Below are positions 26,160-35,429 of a stretch of 64,000 nt of DNA, piece by piece. Positions within the stretch are counted from its first letter, which is position 1. Each line of letters starts with the position of its first letter. The notes beneath the pieces are model-generated. The model had not been told where the DNA came from. It saw nothing but the letters and a program-made list of their open reading frames with translations, and did not search any database. The stretch is from positions 5,855 through 69,854 of the forward strand of contig JANYBU010000288.1 of NCBI GenBank assembly GCA_025360665.1. Reading direction: 5' to 3'. This DNA is from Nitrospira sp. (GTDB taxonomy: Bacteria > Nitrospirota > Nitrospiria > Nitrospirales > Nitrospiraceae). The position numbers and the translations under genes are program-made.

Positions 26160-27240
26160 CGATAAAGATAACAAGACAGAACCGGCGAGTGAGAAACGAA
26201 AAGCGGATGCCCGCCTGGAGGGCAACATCGCGGTCAGCCGCGATGTGACCACTGCGGCCATGCAGGTCGCAGGGCTCGGGCTGTTATTTTTCCTGATCCG
26301 CCCCGGTGTGCAACAACTGACCGATGTGATCCGCGTGGGGTTGTCTGGGTCGTTTGATCGAATGCTCCAGGCGAGTCTTACGGTCGATCAGATTCATGCA
26401 TTGGTCGTGCAGGTCGGCATCACCACCATATTGCTTATGCTTCCGTTGTTGGGTGTCCTCGCGCTCGCAGGAGTCGGTGCATCGCTCGCACAGACGGGGT
26501 TTTTGTGGAAGTCCACGTTGCCGTTTGACATCTCGCGATTGAATCCGATGAAAGGGTTTTCTCGACTCGTGTCGCTCCGGTCTCTCTCGGAGCTGATCAA
26601 AGCCCTGCTCAAAATCTCGGTTATCGCCGGCATTGGGGTGTTCGTCCTTCGAGGGGAGATCGGACGTCTTCCTGAACTCGTGGAATATGACGTGTGGGGA
26701 CTCATGACCGTCATGGGATGGCTGACGCTCAAGGTCGCCGTCTCGGTCACCGGCGCGATCGTCGTCGTCGCGGGAGCGGACTATTTCTATCAACGGTTCG
26801 AATGGGAACGCTCGCTGCGAATGTCCCATGCAGAGGTGAAGGAAGAACATCGCAGTTCGGAAGGTGACCCGCAGATCAAGAGCCGTGTGCGGAGCATGCA
26901 GCGGGAGATGATGAAGAAACGCATGATGGCCGCAGTGCCGACGGCGGACGTCGTCGTGACCAACCCGACGCACCTTGCCGTCGCGCTCAAATACGACACC
27001 GCGCGCCCTGGTGCACCCATTGTCGTCGCCAAGGGGGCTGGCCATCTGGCGGAGCGAATTCGTGAAGTGGCCAGGCAGCATGGCGTGTCAGTGGTGGAGA
27101 ATAAGTTTGTTGCCCGCACGCTCTACAAACTCGTGGAGATCGGCAAGGAAATTCCTGCCGATCTCTATCTGGCGGTGGCAGAAATTTTGGCATTTGTCTA
27201 TCGCGCACGGGGTTTCACGCCTAAACAGGCGCCACGGTAA
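26152..27240 (+). CDS. flhB: Flagellar export switch protein FlhB
   Basis: 362 aa. N-terminal KTEPASEKRKADARLEGNIA, four TM segments and the NPTH autocleavage site (VVTNPTHLAVAL). Confidence 0.95.
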   Translation: MADDKDNKTEPASEKRKADARLEGNIAVSRDVTTAAMQVAGLGLLFFLIRPGVQQLTDVIRVGLSGSFDRMLQASLTVDQIHALVVQVGITTILLMLPLLGVLALAGVGASLAQTGFLWKSTLPFDISRLNPMKGFSRLVSLRSLSELIKALLKISVIAGIGVFVLRGEIGRLPELVEYDVWGLMTVMGWLTLKVAVSVTGAIVVVAGADYFYQRFEWERSLRMSHAEVKEEHRSSEGDPQIKSRVRSMQREMMKKRMMAAVPTADVVVTNPTHLAVALKYDTARPGAPIVVAKGAGHLAERIREVARQHGVSVVENKFVARTLYKLVEIGKEIPADLYLAVAEILAFVYRARGFTPKQAPR

Positions 27241-27252
27241 GGCATCACTATT

Positions 27253-29349
27253 ATGGCGAACGAGACGATGGCCCTCTCCCCAAAGTCGATCATTAAGCAC
27301 CCCGACATTCTGTTGTCGATAGGCGTGGTGTCGGTGATCATGGTCATGCTCCTGCCGCTTCCCCGGTTTCTCTTAGATCTGCTTCTGGCCTTTAACATTA
27401 CGGTGTCGGTCATCGTCTTGCTCGTCGCCTTGCAAGTGCGGCGGCCCATCGAATTCTCGGCCTTTCCTTCCGTGCTCTTGATGGTCACACTGCTGCGCCT
27501 GTCCCTCAATATCGCGTCGACACGTCTCATTCTGTTGCACGGCAACGAAGGAGCCAGCGCGGCGGGGGAGGTGATTCGGGCGTTCGGGAATTTCGTCGTC
27601 GGCGGAAACTACACGGTCGGTCTTGTGGTCTTTGCGATCCTTGTCATCATCAATTTTGTCGTCGTGACGAAAGGCGCTGGCCGCGTGGCCGAAGTGGCGG
27701 CGCGGTTCACCTTGGACGCGATGCCTGGTAAACAGATGAGTATCGATGCCGATCTGAATGCCGGCCTGATCAACGAGACGGAAGCGAGGCGGCGTCGCCG
27801 TGAGATCGCAGAAGAAGCCGATTTCTACGGTTCCATGGACGGCGCCAGCAAGTTCGTCCGAGGCGACGCCACGGCGGCGGTCATCATCGTATTCGTGAAC
27901 ATCGTCGGCGGATTGGCGATCGGTGTCCTGCAGCAGGGCATGAGTCCCGGCTTGGCCGCGCAAACCTACACGCTTTTGACGGTGGGTGAGGGCCTTGTCG
28001 CACAAATTCCTGCGCTGATCGTCTCGACCGCGGCGGGCATCATTGTGACTCGTGCCGCCTCTGACGGCGATCTCGGGTTCGATATTATGAGGCAAGTACT
28101 GGTGTCGCCGAAGGCGGTGGGAACCGCGGCCGGGATTCTGTTGGCGCTCGGACTCATCCCCGGCCTGCCCCATCTGGCGTTCCTTGGTCTGGGCGGTGCC
28201 GCCGCTTGGTTGTCCTATCGGCTCTCCCGTCAGAACGATCAAGCGGCACCGTCGACGCCGGTTCCTGCGGCGGGCGTCAAGGTGGAAGAGGCGTCGTCCC
28301 ACGTCGCACCGTTCGATTTGATGGAAGTCCAGGTCGGCTACGGCCTGATTGGCTTGGTCGAGGGCACGCATGGGACTGCGCTTCTGGAGCGCATCAAAGG
28401 GCTGCGCAAACAGTTCGCGGAGACGATGGGCTTTCTTCTGCCGCCGATCCATATTCGTGACAATCTACAGTTACGTCCCAACGAGTATGCCGTCATGCTC
28501 AAGGGGGTGGAACTCTCGAAATCCGATGTGTTGCCGTCGCACGTGCTGGCGATCGACCCAGGAACGGCCCAGCGCGGTGTCATCCAGGGTGTGGCAACGA
28601 AGGAACCGGCCTTTGGGTTACCCGCATTATGGGTGCCGGAGTCAATGCGAGAGCAGGCGCAACTGGCCGGCTATACCGTCGTCGATGCCACCTCGGCCAT
28701 CGCCACACATTTATCTGAAATCATCAAGCGTCACGGACATGAATTGTTGGGCCGCCAAGAGGTGCAGGCGTTGCTGGACGAGACTGCCAAGGCTCATCCC
28801 AGATTGGTCGAGGAATTGATTCCCACGTTGTTGTCGTTGGGAACGGTGGTGCGTATCCTGGGGAACCTGCTGCGTGAAGGCATTCCGATCCGCGATCTCC
28901 GTTCCATCCTCGAAGCGATCGCGGATCATGCCACGGGGACGAAAGACCCCGAACTCCTCACGGAAATGGCGCGGCAATCGTTGTCGCGCACGATCACGCG
29001 CCAGCATCAAGCTCCGGACGGCACGCTGCCCGTGATCACGTTGGATCCGAGGCTGGATCGGTCGTTGAACGAGCAGGTCGCGGCGCTTCCGCAAGGGGGC
29101 ACGCTAAATTTGGACCCCGGCACCTCCCAGAGGTTGTTGACGGCCCTGAAACAGGCGGCGGAACGAGTCGCGGCTCGAGGCCAGCAGCCGGTCGTGCTCT
29201 GTTCCCCGGCGTTGCGCCGGCATATCCGCCGCTTGACCGACCGGATCCTTCATACGGTGCCGGTGCTGGGCCTCAATGAGATCGATGCGATGGTCCAGCT
29301 GCAATCGCTAGAAACGATCAGGTTGGATGTCGAACTCCCACGACTGTGA
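27253..29349 (+). CDS. flhA: Flagellar export gate protein FlhA
   Basis: 698 aa. Conserved FPSVLLMVTLLRLSLNIASTRLIL, FTLDAMPGKQMSIDADLNAG and a cytoplasmic C-terminal domain. Confidence 0.95.
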   Translation: MANETMALSPKSIIKHPDILLSIGVVSVIMVMLLPLPRFLLDLLLAFNITVSVIVLLVALQVRRPIEFSAFPSVLLMVTLLRLSLNIASTRLILLHGNEGASAAGEVIRAFGNFVVGGNYTVGLVVFAILVIINFVVVTKGAGRVAEVAARFTLDAMPGKQMSIDADLNAGLINETEARRRRREIAEEADFYGSMDGASKFVRGDATAAVIIVFVNIVGGLAIGVLQQGMSPGLAAQTYTLLTVGEGLVAQIPALIVSTAAGIIVTRAASDGDLGFDIMRQVLVSPKAVGTAAGILLALGLIPGLPHLAFLGLGGAAAWLSYRLSRQNDQAAPSTPVPAAGVKVEEASSHVAPFDLMEVQVGYGLIGLVEGTHGTALLERIKGLRKQFAETMGFLLPPIHIRDNLQLRPNEYAVMLKGVELSKSDVLPSHVLAIDPGTAQRGVIQGVATKEPAFGLPALWVPESMREQAQLAGYTVVDATSAIATHLSEIIKRHGHELLGRQEVQALLDETAKAHPRLVEELIPTLLSLGTVVRILGNLLREGIPIRDLRSILEAIADHATGTKDPELLTEMARQSLSRTITRQHQAPDGTLPVITLDPRLDRSLNEQVAALPQGGTLNLDPGTSQRLLTALKQAAERVAARGQQPVVLCSPALRRHIRRLTDRILHTVPVLGLNEIDAMVQLQSLETIRLDVELPRL

Positions 29350-29357
29350 GGTGAGCG

Positions 29358-30710
29358 ATGAAGATTAAATTATTTCATGCCGAAACCATGCACGAGGCCA
29401 TCCGCGACATCAAGGCCGAGTTGGGGCCTGATGCCATCATCCTGTCCACCAAGCGCGTGCGTCAAGGGAGCTTGCCGTTCGGCCTATTCGGCCGACCGCT
29501 GCTGGAAGTAACCGCGGCGACCGATCGTGAGACCCAGGAGTTTGCGCCCCTCTCTCCGCCGACCATGCCTGTGGCTCCGCACGACGTAGGGTCGGCTGCG
29601 CCTACGCAAGTGCCTTCGCCTGTGTTTCAGGATACCCTGAGCGCATTACTCCGTACCTCAGACAGCACCGCGTCTCGCACCAGGCTTGCCGTCCCCATAG
29701 CGGCACCGGTCGCACCGACGCAATCGCGCACTCTGTCGACGGAGCGCGTGCATCGTCTGAAAAACGAACTCTATGATCTGCATCGGCGGCTGACCTTTTC
29801 CTTGCCCGATGACGCGCCGGCGATCGGCACAGGTTTTCCCGCGCCGATCGCACGGGCCTGCCGTCAGTTGATTACCCAAGGACTGCGCCCTTCCAGCGCC
29901 GAGAGTCTCTGCCTTGCGCTTCATCGCCGGCTCGCGCCGGAGACGGCCTGTTCAGATGGCGAGATTCAGGAGATGCTGCACCTTCTCCTCGTTGAACCCA
30001 TTCGGGTCAGTGGGCCCCTCCTGAATCGCGGGGACGAATACAACGTCGTTATGTTCGTTGGCCCGAGTGGGGTTGGCAAGACTACGGCGATCGTGAAGCT
30101 CGCGGCTCACTATCGCCTGGAGGAGCACAAATCAGTCGTGCTGATCACTCTTGATAGCTGTCGCATGGCGGCGGTCGAACACCTCCGCACGTATGCGAAT
30201 GTCTTGGGTATCCCACTCGAAACCGCGCAGACCACGGCCGACGTGATCGACGGCATACGCCGTCATCGCGGAGCCGATCTCATTCTCATCGATACGCCAG
30301 GGTTTGGTGCAAATGAGACGGCACGGCTCACCAATCTTGGCGGGCTCAAAGACTCGTACGGCCCGATCGAGACGCATCTGGTCTTATCCGCGAATACGCG
30401 CATGCAGGATCTCCGTCGCACGCTGGCGCGGTATGACGTCTGTGCGCCGTCCCGTCTGCTCTTTACCAGGCTGGACGAGACGTTGGAATACGGGAATCTC
30501 TTCGAACTGGCCTACCAGACGACCTTGCCCCTGTCCTATTGGGGAACTGGTCAGCAGGTGCCGGAAGATCTCGAGCTGGCGCAGCCTGGACGGTTGGCCG
30601 ATCTGTTGCTTGAGCGTAGTTCTGTCCGCTTCACATCACCAGGCCTCTCGTCATCCATTGAACGCGACTCGGTTGTGTCTTTGGGTGGAACGACGCCACA
30701 ACCAGCGTAG
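29358..30710 (+). CDS. flhF: SRP-like GTPase FlhF (flagellar placement)
   Basis: 450 aa. N-terminal MKIKLFHAETMHEAIRDIKAELGPDAIILS and a GTPase domain (GPSGVGKTTAIVKLAA, LIDTPG, TRLDET). Confidence 0.9.
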   Translation: MKIKLFHAETMHEAIRDIKAELGPDAIILSTKRVRQGSLPFGLFGRPLLEVTAATDRETQEFAPLSPPTMPVAPHDVGSAAPTQVPSPVFQDTLSALLRTSDSTASRTRLAVPIAAPVAPTQSRTLSTERVHRLKNELYDLHRRLTFSLPDDAPAIGTGFPAPIARACRQLITQGLRPSSAESLCLALHRRLAPETACSDGEIQEMLHLLLVEPIRVSGPLLNRGDEYNVVMFVGPSGVGKTTAIVKLAAHYRLEEHKSVVLITLDSCRMAAVEHLRTYANVLGIPLETAQTTADVIDGIRRHRGADLILIDTPGFGANETARLTNLGGLKDSYGPIETHLVLSANTRMQDLRRTLARYDVCAPSRLLFTRLDETLEYGNLFELAYQTTLPLSYWGTGQQVPEDLELAQPGRLADLLLERSSVRFTSPGLSSSIERDSVVSLGGTTPQPA

Positions 30711-30724
30711 GAGGGAGGCTCCGC

Positions 30725-31585
30725 ATGAAGAACATGTTCAGCGAACAGGAGGCAGCGATGCCGACAATGGCTCAAGGGAGCCTGTGCACCCATGTGATTA
30801 CAGTGACGAGCGGAAAGGGCGGGGTTGGGAAAACGAATGTGGTCGTCAACCTTGCAGTGGGGTTGGCGCGAACCGGGAAACGAGTGCTGGTACTGGATGC
30901 GGACTTGGGACTGGGCAATATCGATGTGCTCTTGGGATTGGTGCCTCGGTATACGTTGGAGCATGTCCTGTGTGGATCACACCACCTGTCCGACATTATC
31001 ATCCAAGGTCCGGCTGGAATCCAGGTGTTGCCGGCAGGCTCCGGCCTGCCTCAGCTCACCTCCTTGACCGATTCCCAGCAACTGGTCCTTCAAAGTGAGC
31101 TGGAGCGTGTGGCTGACACCGTGGATGTACTGCTGATCGACACCGGAGCCGGTGTGTCTCCGACTGTCACCTATTTCGCCTCAGCAGCCCAGGAGACCAT
31201 CGTCGTCATCTCGCCGGAACCGACGTCCCTGACCGACGCCTATGCGTTGATAAAAGTGCTCTGCCGGCAGCATCGCGAGCGACGATTTAAAGTGCTGGTC
31301 AATATGGTGAAAAGTCAACGCGATGCGACTCAGACATTCCGCAAGATCGATGCGGCAGCGGATCGTTTCCTGCATATCAACCTGGAGTATCTGGGCTATA
31401 TCCCGTTCGATGATTACCTGCCGATGGCTGTCCTTCAGCAGAAGGCGGTGACAGAGTGTTTTCCCGGTTCACCCGCCAGCCAAGCTTTTCTCCAGTTGGC
31501 GAAAAAGGTTGCAGAGTGGCCCGATCCTCAGCTGCCGAAGAGTACCATGCAATTCCTGTGGCGCCAATTGATCCACACGTCCTAG
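30725..31585 (+). CDS. flhG: MinD/ParA-type ATPase FlhG (FleN/YlxH)
   Basis: 286 aa with a deviant Walker A (TSGKGGVGKT). It sits directly after flhF and before fliA. Confidence 0.9.
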   Translation: MKNMFSEQEAAMPTMAQGSLCTHVITVTSGKGGVGKTNVVVNLAVGLARTGKRVLVLDADLGLGNIDVLLGLVPRYTLEHVLCGSHHLSDIIIQGPAGIQVLPAGSGLPQLTSLTDSQQLVLQSELERVADTVDVLLIDTGAGVSPTVTYFASAAQETIVVISPEPTSLTDAYALIKVLCRQHRERRFKVLVNMVKSQRDATQTFRKIDAAADRFLHINLEYLGYIPFDDYLPMAVLQQKAVTECFPGSPASQAFLQLAKKVAEWPDPQLPKSTMQFLWRQLIHTS

Positions 31586-31627
31586 AGGGATTCCCATGTT
31601 GATACGAACACAGAAAGCATACTGATT

Positions 31628-32377
31628 ATGGATAATATTGCAACACAACCAAGTCGAGCGGTAGGCCCCGCACTCGAAGTGCAGCGTGAACGGATCATCA
31701 AAGAGTTCGCGCATATTGTGAAGGCGATGGCCCATCGTCTGGCCTTCCGCTTGCCGGCCTATATGGACGCGGAAGACCTCGTCTCAGTCGGCGTCATTGG
31801 ATTGATGGATGCGATGGATAAGTACGACCCTACTCGGGAAGCCAAGTTTAAGACCTATGCGGAGTTTCGTATTCGGGGTGCCATGCTGGATGAAATTCGT
31901 TCCATGGACTGGATTCCTCGTTCGGTTCACGAGCGTGTCTCGTTGTTGCAACGCACGCACACCGAGCTCATGAACAGACTCGGCCGACCACCGACAGATG
32001 AGGAAGTCGCGGCACAATTAAAGATGACCCAAGTCGAGCTCGACGATTTTCTTTCGCGCGCGCGCGGAGCTGTGCTGGTCAGTTTGGACGATATCCAGGT
32101 GAACGAACCGGACGGGCAGAAGATTCTCACCATGCTCGCCGACACACGTCAGCCCGACCCGCTCGCCACCATGCTCGGTGAACGGGTACGCACGACGGTG
32201 ACCAATGCGATCCAGCAATTGCCGGAGAAGGAACGTCTCGTGCTCACCCTGTACTACTATGAAGAGCTCACGATGAAGGAAATCGGCCGCATTCTGAAAG
32301 TCACAGAATCTCGCGTGTGTCAGATCCATACCAAAGCGGTCTTGCACCTCAAGGGGAGCCTTCACGTGCTGCGATGA
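31628..32377 (+). CDS. fliA: Flagellar sigma factor sigma28 (FliA)
   Basis: 249 aa. Region 2 (KFKTYAEFRIRGAMLDEIR) and region 4 HTH (LTMKEIGRILKVTESRVCQIHTKAVLHLK). It occupies the canonical position after flhG. Confidence 0.9.
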   Translation: MDNIATQPSRAVGPALEVQRERIIKEFAHIVKAMAHRLAFRLPAYMDAEDLVSVGVIGLMDAMDKYDPTREAKFKTYAEFRIRGAMLDEIRSMDWIPRSVHERVSLLQRTHTELMNRLGRPPTDEEVAAQLKMTQVELDDFLSRARGAVLVSLDDIQVNEPDGQKILTMLADTRQPDPLATMLGERVRTTVTNAIQQLPEKERLVLTLYYYEELTMKEIGRILKVTESRVCQIHTKAVLHLKGSLHVLR

Positions 32378-32390
32378 GTGCCGACCTGCC

Positions 32391-32428
32391 GCTCCCCCGT
32401 GCCTACCGTGATGGTGGCGTGGGGGAGC
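32391..32428 (+). terminator. GC-rich hairpin after fliA
   Basis: GCTCCCCCGTGCC (32391-32403) pairs with GGCGTGGGGGAGC (32416-32428) as a 13-bp stem including two G-U pairs. A T-containing tract follows. It begins 14 nt after the fliA stop. Confidence 0.5.
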
Positions 32429-32480
32429 CGTAGTGTTCGTTCGATGCCGCTGTTGCTCGTTGCGCTGTGTCCCTCGGCCC

Positions 32481-32506
32481 TCAAGTCCTCCTGCCATCAG
32501 CCGAAA
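32481..32506 (+). promoter_or_regulatory. Sigma28-like promoter upstream of the degenerate GGDEF gene
   Basis: cCTCAAG-tcctcctgccatca-GCCGAAA has TCAA-N15 spacing. The -10 differs from GCCGATA at one position. It has the same CTCAAG -35 as five other sites in the window. Confidence 0.45.
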
Positions 32507-32628
32507 CAGTCAGTGGTTGATTGTTCACTGACACGTATTCGGAATCCTTGACGATCCACATGCCCGCGTACATTGAACGGTTCTTGTCTCCTTCGAATGC
32601 CATGTTGGCAGGTGAGGGGGTGGGTGCT

Positions 32629-33327
32629 ATGGCCATGTCTCCTTTTCTACTGGGCCTCATCGGGCTCTGCCTTCTCAGTCTCCTGATCCTGGGAGGACTG
32701 TGGCTCAAAGGCCAACATCCGAAGCATGGATTCCGTCGCGGTAGGTCTACGGAGAAACCTATAGAGATGTCATCAACCTATGACAGCGTGACGGGCTTGC
32801 CTACCAGACGGTTGTTCGGGACGTTACTCGAACAATCGGTCGGTCGTGCCGCAAAAACCGGACGATCCATCGCGCTGCTCGTGGTAGAGCTGGAACACTT
32901 TCGGATGGTGGCAGAGAGTCAAGGCCAAGCGAATAGCAATGTGCTCGTTCGCGTCCAGGCAGCCAGGGTCAAGGGCGTCTTGCGTTCCACGGAAACGATC
33001 GGGCGGCTGGCGCAGGATCAATTCGCGATGATTCTCGACAACCTCACTTCCCCTGATGAGGTAACGGCCATTGTGGCGAAACTGCAGGCGACGGTGGGGC
33101 TACCTCTCACCTTGGACGGACATGAGCTGTTCCTGACCTGCCGGATTGGTGTCGCACTGTACCCGGAGGATGCCAGGGAACATGAGGGGTTGATCACACA
33201 GGCCATCCAAGCAGTGAGGACAGCGAAGTCTGAGGGGCAGGCCGTTCGATTTACCTCGCCCACCGTTTCGTCAGCCGCCTCTCAGTCAATCCCCGTGGCG
33301 TCCTCATTCGTCGATCTTCGCCCCTAA
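32629..33327 (+). CDS. Membrane-anchored degenerate GGDEF-domain protein
   Basis: One TM segment (SPFLLGLIGLCLLSLLILGGLW), then a GGDEF fold (YDSVTGLPTRRLF...ALLVVELEHFRMV...). The active-site GG(D/E)EF is replaced by AQDQF (nt 33010-33024), and the I-site RxxD is replaced by RSTE. I prefer the start at ATG 32629 behind GGTGAGGGGG. Alternatives are 32521 and 32560. Confidence 0.8.
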   Translation: MAMSPFLLGLIGLCLLSLLILGGLWLKGQHPKHGFRRGRSTEKPIEMSSTYDSVTGLPTRRLFGTLLEQSVGRAAKTGRSIALLVVELEHFRMVAESQGQANSNVLVRVQAARVKGVLRSTETIGRLAQDQFAMILDNLTSPDEVTAIVAKLQATVGLPLTLDGHELFLTCRIGVALYPEDAREHEGLITQAIQAVRTAKSEGQAVRFTSPTVSSAASQSIPVASSFVDLRP

Positions 33328-33371
33328 CGCTCCTATTCATGCGCGTGTCTGTTGCATTCGACGGGACGCGC

Positions 33372-33411
33372 GAAGGTGAACGGTTCGAGGTTGAAGCTCC
33401 AGGCTTCCTAA
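33372..33411 (+). terminator. Perfect 11-bp hairpin after the GGDEF gene
   Basis: GGTTCGAGGTT (33372-33382), an 18-nt loop, then AACCTCGAACC (33401-33411). No clear U-tract. GAACT/CGAAC-rich sequence related to the palindromic element family follows. Confidence 0.4.
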
Positions 33412-33683
33412 ACCTCGAACCCAGAACTCCGAACATCGAACTGCGGCCATGCATGATCCAGTTCTCCTGTCTATCTTGCGCGTTCCGCCTTTCTTGCCGC
33501 CGCTAACCCGTAATATTTTTCCCACTCCGGCAATATTTTCCTAGCCCTGCTTATCCATCCCGCATTTTTCCCTCGATGACCGCCGGATCCATTTGAACGC
33601 TGCTCGTGCCATCGCATGGAATTCACAGTGCATGGACTGGCTGGCCGCTCACGTGACTTGCTGAACAACAGGCGGCAGACAGA

Positions 33684-33698
33684 TGGCATGCATGTTGC
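33684..33698 (+). promoter_or_regulatory. Sigma54 promoter upstream of flgF (TGGCAT-N5-TTGC)
   Basis: TGGCATgcatgTTGC has exact spacing. It is about 41 nt upstream of ATG 33739 (AAGGAG RBS). Confidence 0.7.
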
Positions 33699-33738
33699 GA
33701 TATGGCTTGGCGTCATCGCCACGCAAGGAGCTACAGAG

Positions 33739-34509
33739 ATGAATCGAGCAATCTATCCCATTCTTTCCGGCGCATTGGCGCAAGAGCGCCAGATGCAGGT
33801 CTTCGCCAATAATATGGCGAACGTCAATACTGCCGGATTCAAACAGGATGACCAGGCCTTTACATCCGTCATGGCCCGTGCCCAGGTGTCGGGGTCGGCG
33901 CTGGCGAATCCGGTCGGGTTCGGTCAGCAGATAGGCGTGCGACCGGCTGGTTCAGCCGAGAGGGTTTTCGTCGCGCCCCATGCCATGCACACGTCGTTCG
34001 AGGCAGGCCGGATCAGAATCACCGGGAATCCTCTCGATACGGCAATTCAGGGGAGCGGATTTTTTGAGGTGAAGACGCCTCAGGGAGTTCGCTATACCAG
34101 GAACGGCATGTTCTCGCTGGACTCGCAACGCCGGTTGGTCACGAATCTGGGATATCCGGTGATGGGCACAAAGGGAGAAATCAAGGTGCCGCCTGGCACG
34201 ATCGAGGTCAGTGCGCAAGGGGCGATTAATGTTGATGGACAACCGGTCGCGACGATCAAGGTGATGGAGTTTCCTGACGACCGAATGCCGCAGAAAAATC
34301 CAGAAGGGTTTCTGTCATTGGACAACGGCAAGCTGGCCAAGAACCCACAAATCCAGGCGGGGCATATCGAGGAGTCGAACGTCAATTCGGTCGGCGAGAT
34401 GGTCAAGATGATCCAGGGAATGCGGAATTATGAGTCGAGCCAGAAGCTGATTCAGACCATCGACCACATGGCGGAAATTGCCATTCAGGATGTCGGGAAG
34501 GTGCTGTAA
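33739..34509 (+). CDS. flgF: Flagellar proximal rod protein FlgF
   Basis: 256 aa from ATG 33739 (MNRAIYPILSGALAQERQMQVFANNMANVNTAGFK). The C-terminal GHIEESNVNSVGEMVKMIQGMRNYESSQKLIQ is typical. The track start 33616 precedes the promoter. Confidence 0.9.
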   Translation: MNRAIYPILSGALAQERQMQVFANNMANVNTAGFKQDDQAFTSVMARAQVSGSALANPVGFGQQIGVRPAGSAERVFVAPHAMHTSFEAGRIRITGNPLDTAIQGSGFFEVKTPQGVRYTRNGMFSLDSQRRLVTNLGYPVMGTKGEIKVPPGTIEVSAQGAINVDGQPVATIKVMEFPDDRMPQKNPEGFLSLDNGKLAKNPQIQAGHIEESNVNSVGEMVKMIQGMRNYESSQKLIQTIDHMAEIAIQDVGKVL

Positions 34510-34513
34510 GACC

Positions 34514-34574
34514 GTAAGCGTATCTCGTTGCGCGTTGTTTGTCAGATTCGGAAGAACGCGCCTCACGCTTCACG
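34514..34574. repeat. Short member of the GTGAAGCG...CGCTTCAC palindromic element family (flgF-flgG spacer)
   Basis: GTAAGCGTATCTCG ... stem GCGCGTT/AACGCGC ... CACGCTTCACG. The left end matches element A (45201-45214) in AAGCGTATCTCG. Confidence 0.6.
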
Positions 34575-34601
34575 AACCATGAGAGACGTAGGAGGGTTTC
34601 T

Positions 34602-35393
34602 ATGATTCGAGCCATGTGGACGGCGGCCACCGGAATGACTGCCCAGCAGATCAACGTTGACACCATTGCCAATAACCTGGCGAACGTCAATACTAACGCG
34701 TTCAAGCGAAGCAGGGCGGAGTTTGCCGACTTGCTCTACCAAACCACTCGGCTCCCTGGGACGAGCGCATCGAACGTCGGGGTCTTTCCTGTCGGGATCC
34801 AGGTCGGCGCAGGGGTTCGTCCCGTCACAGTGGCGAAAGAGTGGATTCAGGGCAACATGCGCCAGACCAACAACGACCTGGATCTCGCGATCGATGGGGC
34901 GGGATTTTTTCAAGTCCAGCGCTCTGACGGCTCGGTCATGTACACCCGGAACGGCTCGTTCAAGCGGGACAATACCGGGAACCTAGTGACGGGAGACGGA
35001 GACATGCTCAATCCCGTGATCACCATTCCATCCGGCGCGCTCTCGATCTCCATCGGCCAGGACGGGACGGTGTCTGCGCTGTTGCCCGGCGTCACGCAGG
35101 CTTCGCAGGTCGGTCAGATTCAGCTGACCCGGTTCGATAACCCATCAGGACTCGTGGCGATGGGGAGCAATCTGTTTCTCGACAGTTTCGCATCCGGCCC
35201 TCCGCTCCAAGGGACTGGTGGCTTCACAACGGGTTTTGGAACTGTGCAGCAGGGATTTCTGGAAAGTTCGAACGTCAATTTGGCAGAAGACATGGTGAAT
35301 ATGATCATCGCCCAACGCAGCTATGAGGTGAACTCAAAAACCATTCAAGCTGCGGACGAAATGATGTCGATCGCGAACAATCTCAGACGGTAA
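34602..35393 (+). CDS. flgG: Flagellar distal rod protein FlgG
   Basis: 263 aa from ATG 34602 (GGAGGG RBS). MIRAMWTAATGMTAQQINVDTIANNLANVNTNAFK and C-terminal LESSNVNLAEDMVNMIIAQRSYEVNSKTIQAADEMM. Confidence 0.95.
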   Translation: MIRAMWTAATGMTAQQINVDTIANNLANVNTNAFKRSRAEFADLLYQTTRLPGTSASNVGVFPVGIQVGAGVRPVTVAKEWIQGNMRQTNNDLDLAIDGAGFFQVQRSDGSVMYTRNGSFKRDNTGNLVTGDGDMLNPVITIPSGALSISIGQDGTVSALLPGVTQASQVGQIQLTRFDNPSGLVAMGSNLFLDSFASGPPLQGTGGFTTGFGTVQQGFLESSNVNLAEDMVNMIIAQRSYEVNSKTIQAADEMMSIANNLRR

Positions 35394-35429
35394 GAGAGAT
35401 CGCCTGTCACGTACAGAGGAGCTTCCGAT

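Noticed and set aside
27373-28452. 359-aa minus-strand ORF inside flhA
   Set aside because: It is an antisense shadow. Its Arg/Asp/His-rich translation has no domain signature, while the plus strand encodes canonical FlhA.
30304-31098. 264-aa plus-strand ORF spanning the flhF/flhG junction
   Set aside because: It is an alternative frame overlapping two genes that both have clear Walker-type motifs in their own frames. Its translation is Arg/Trp/Cys-rich.
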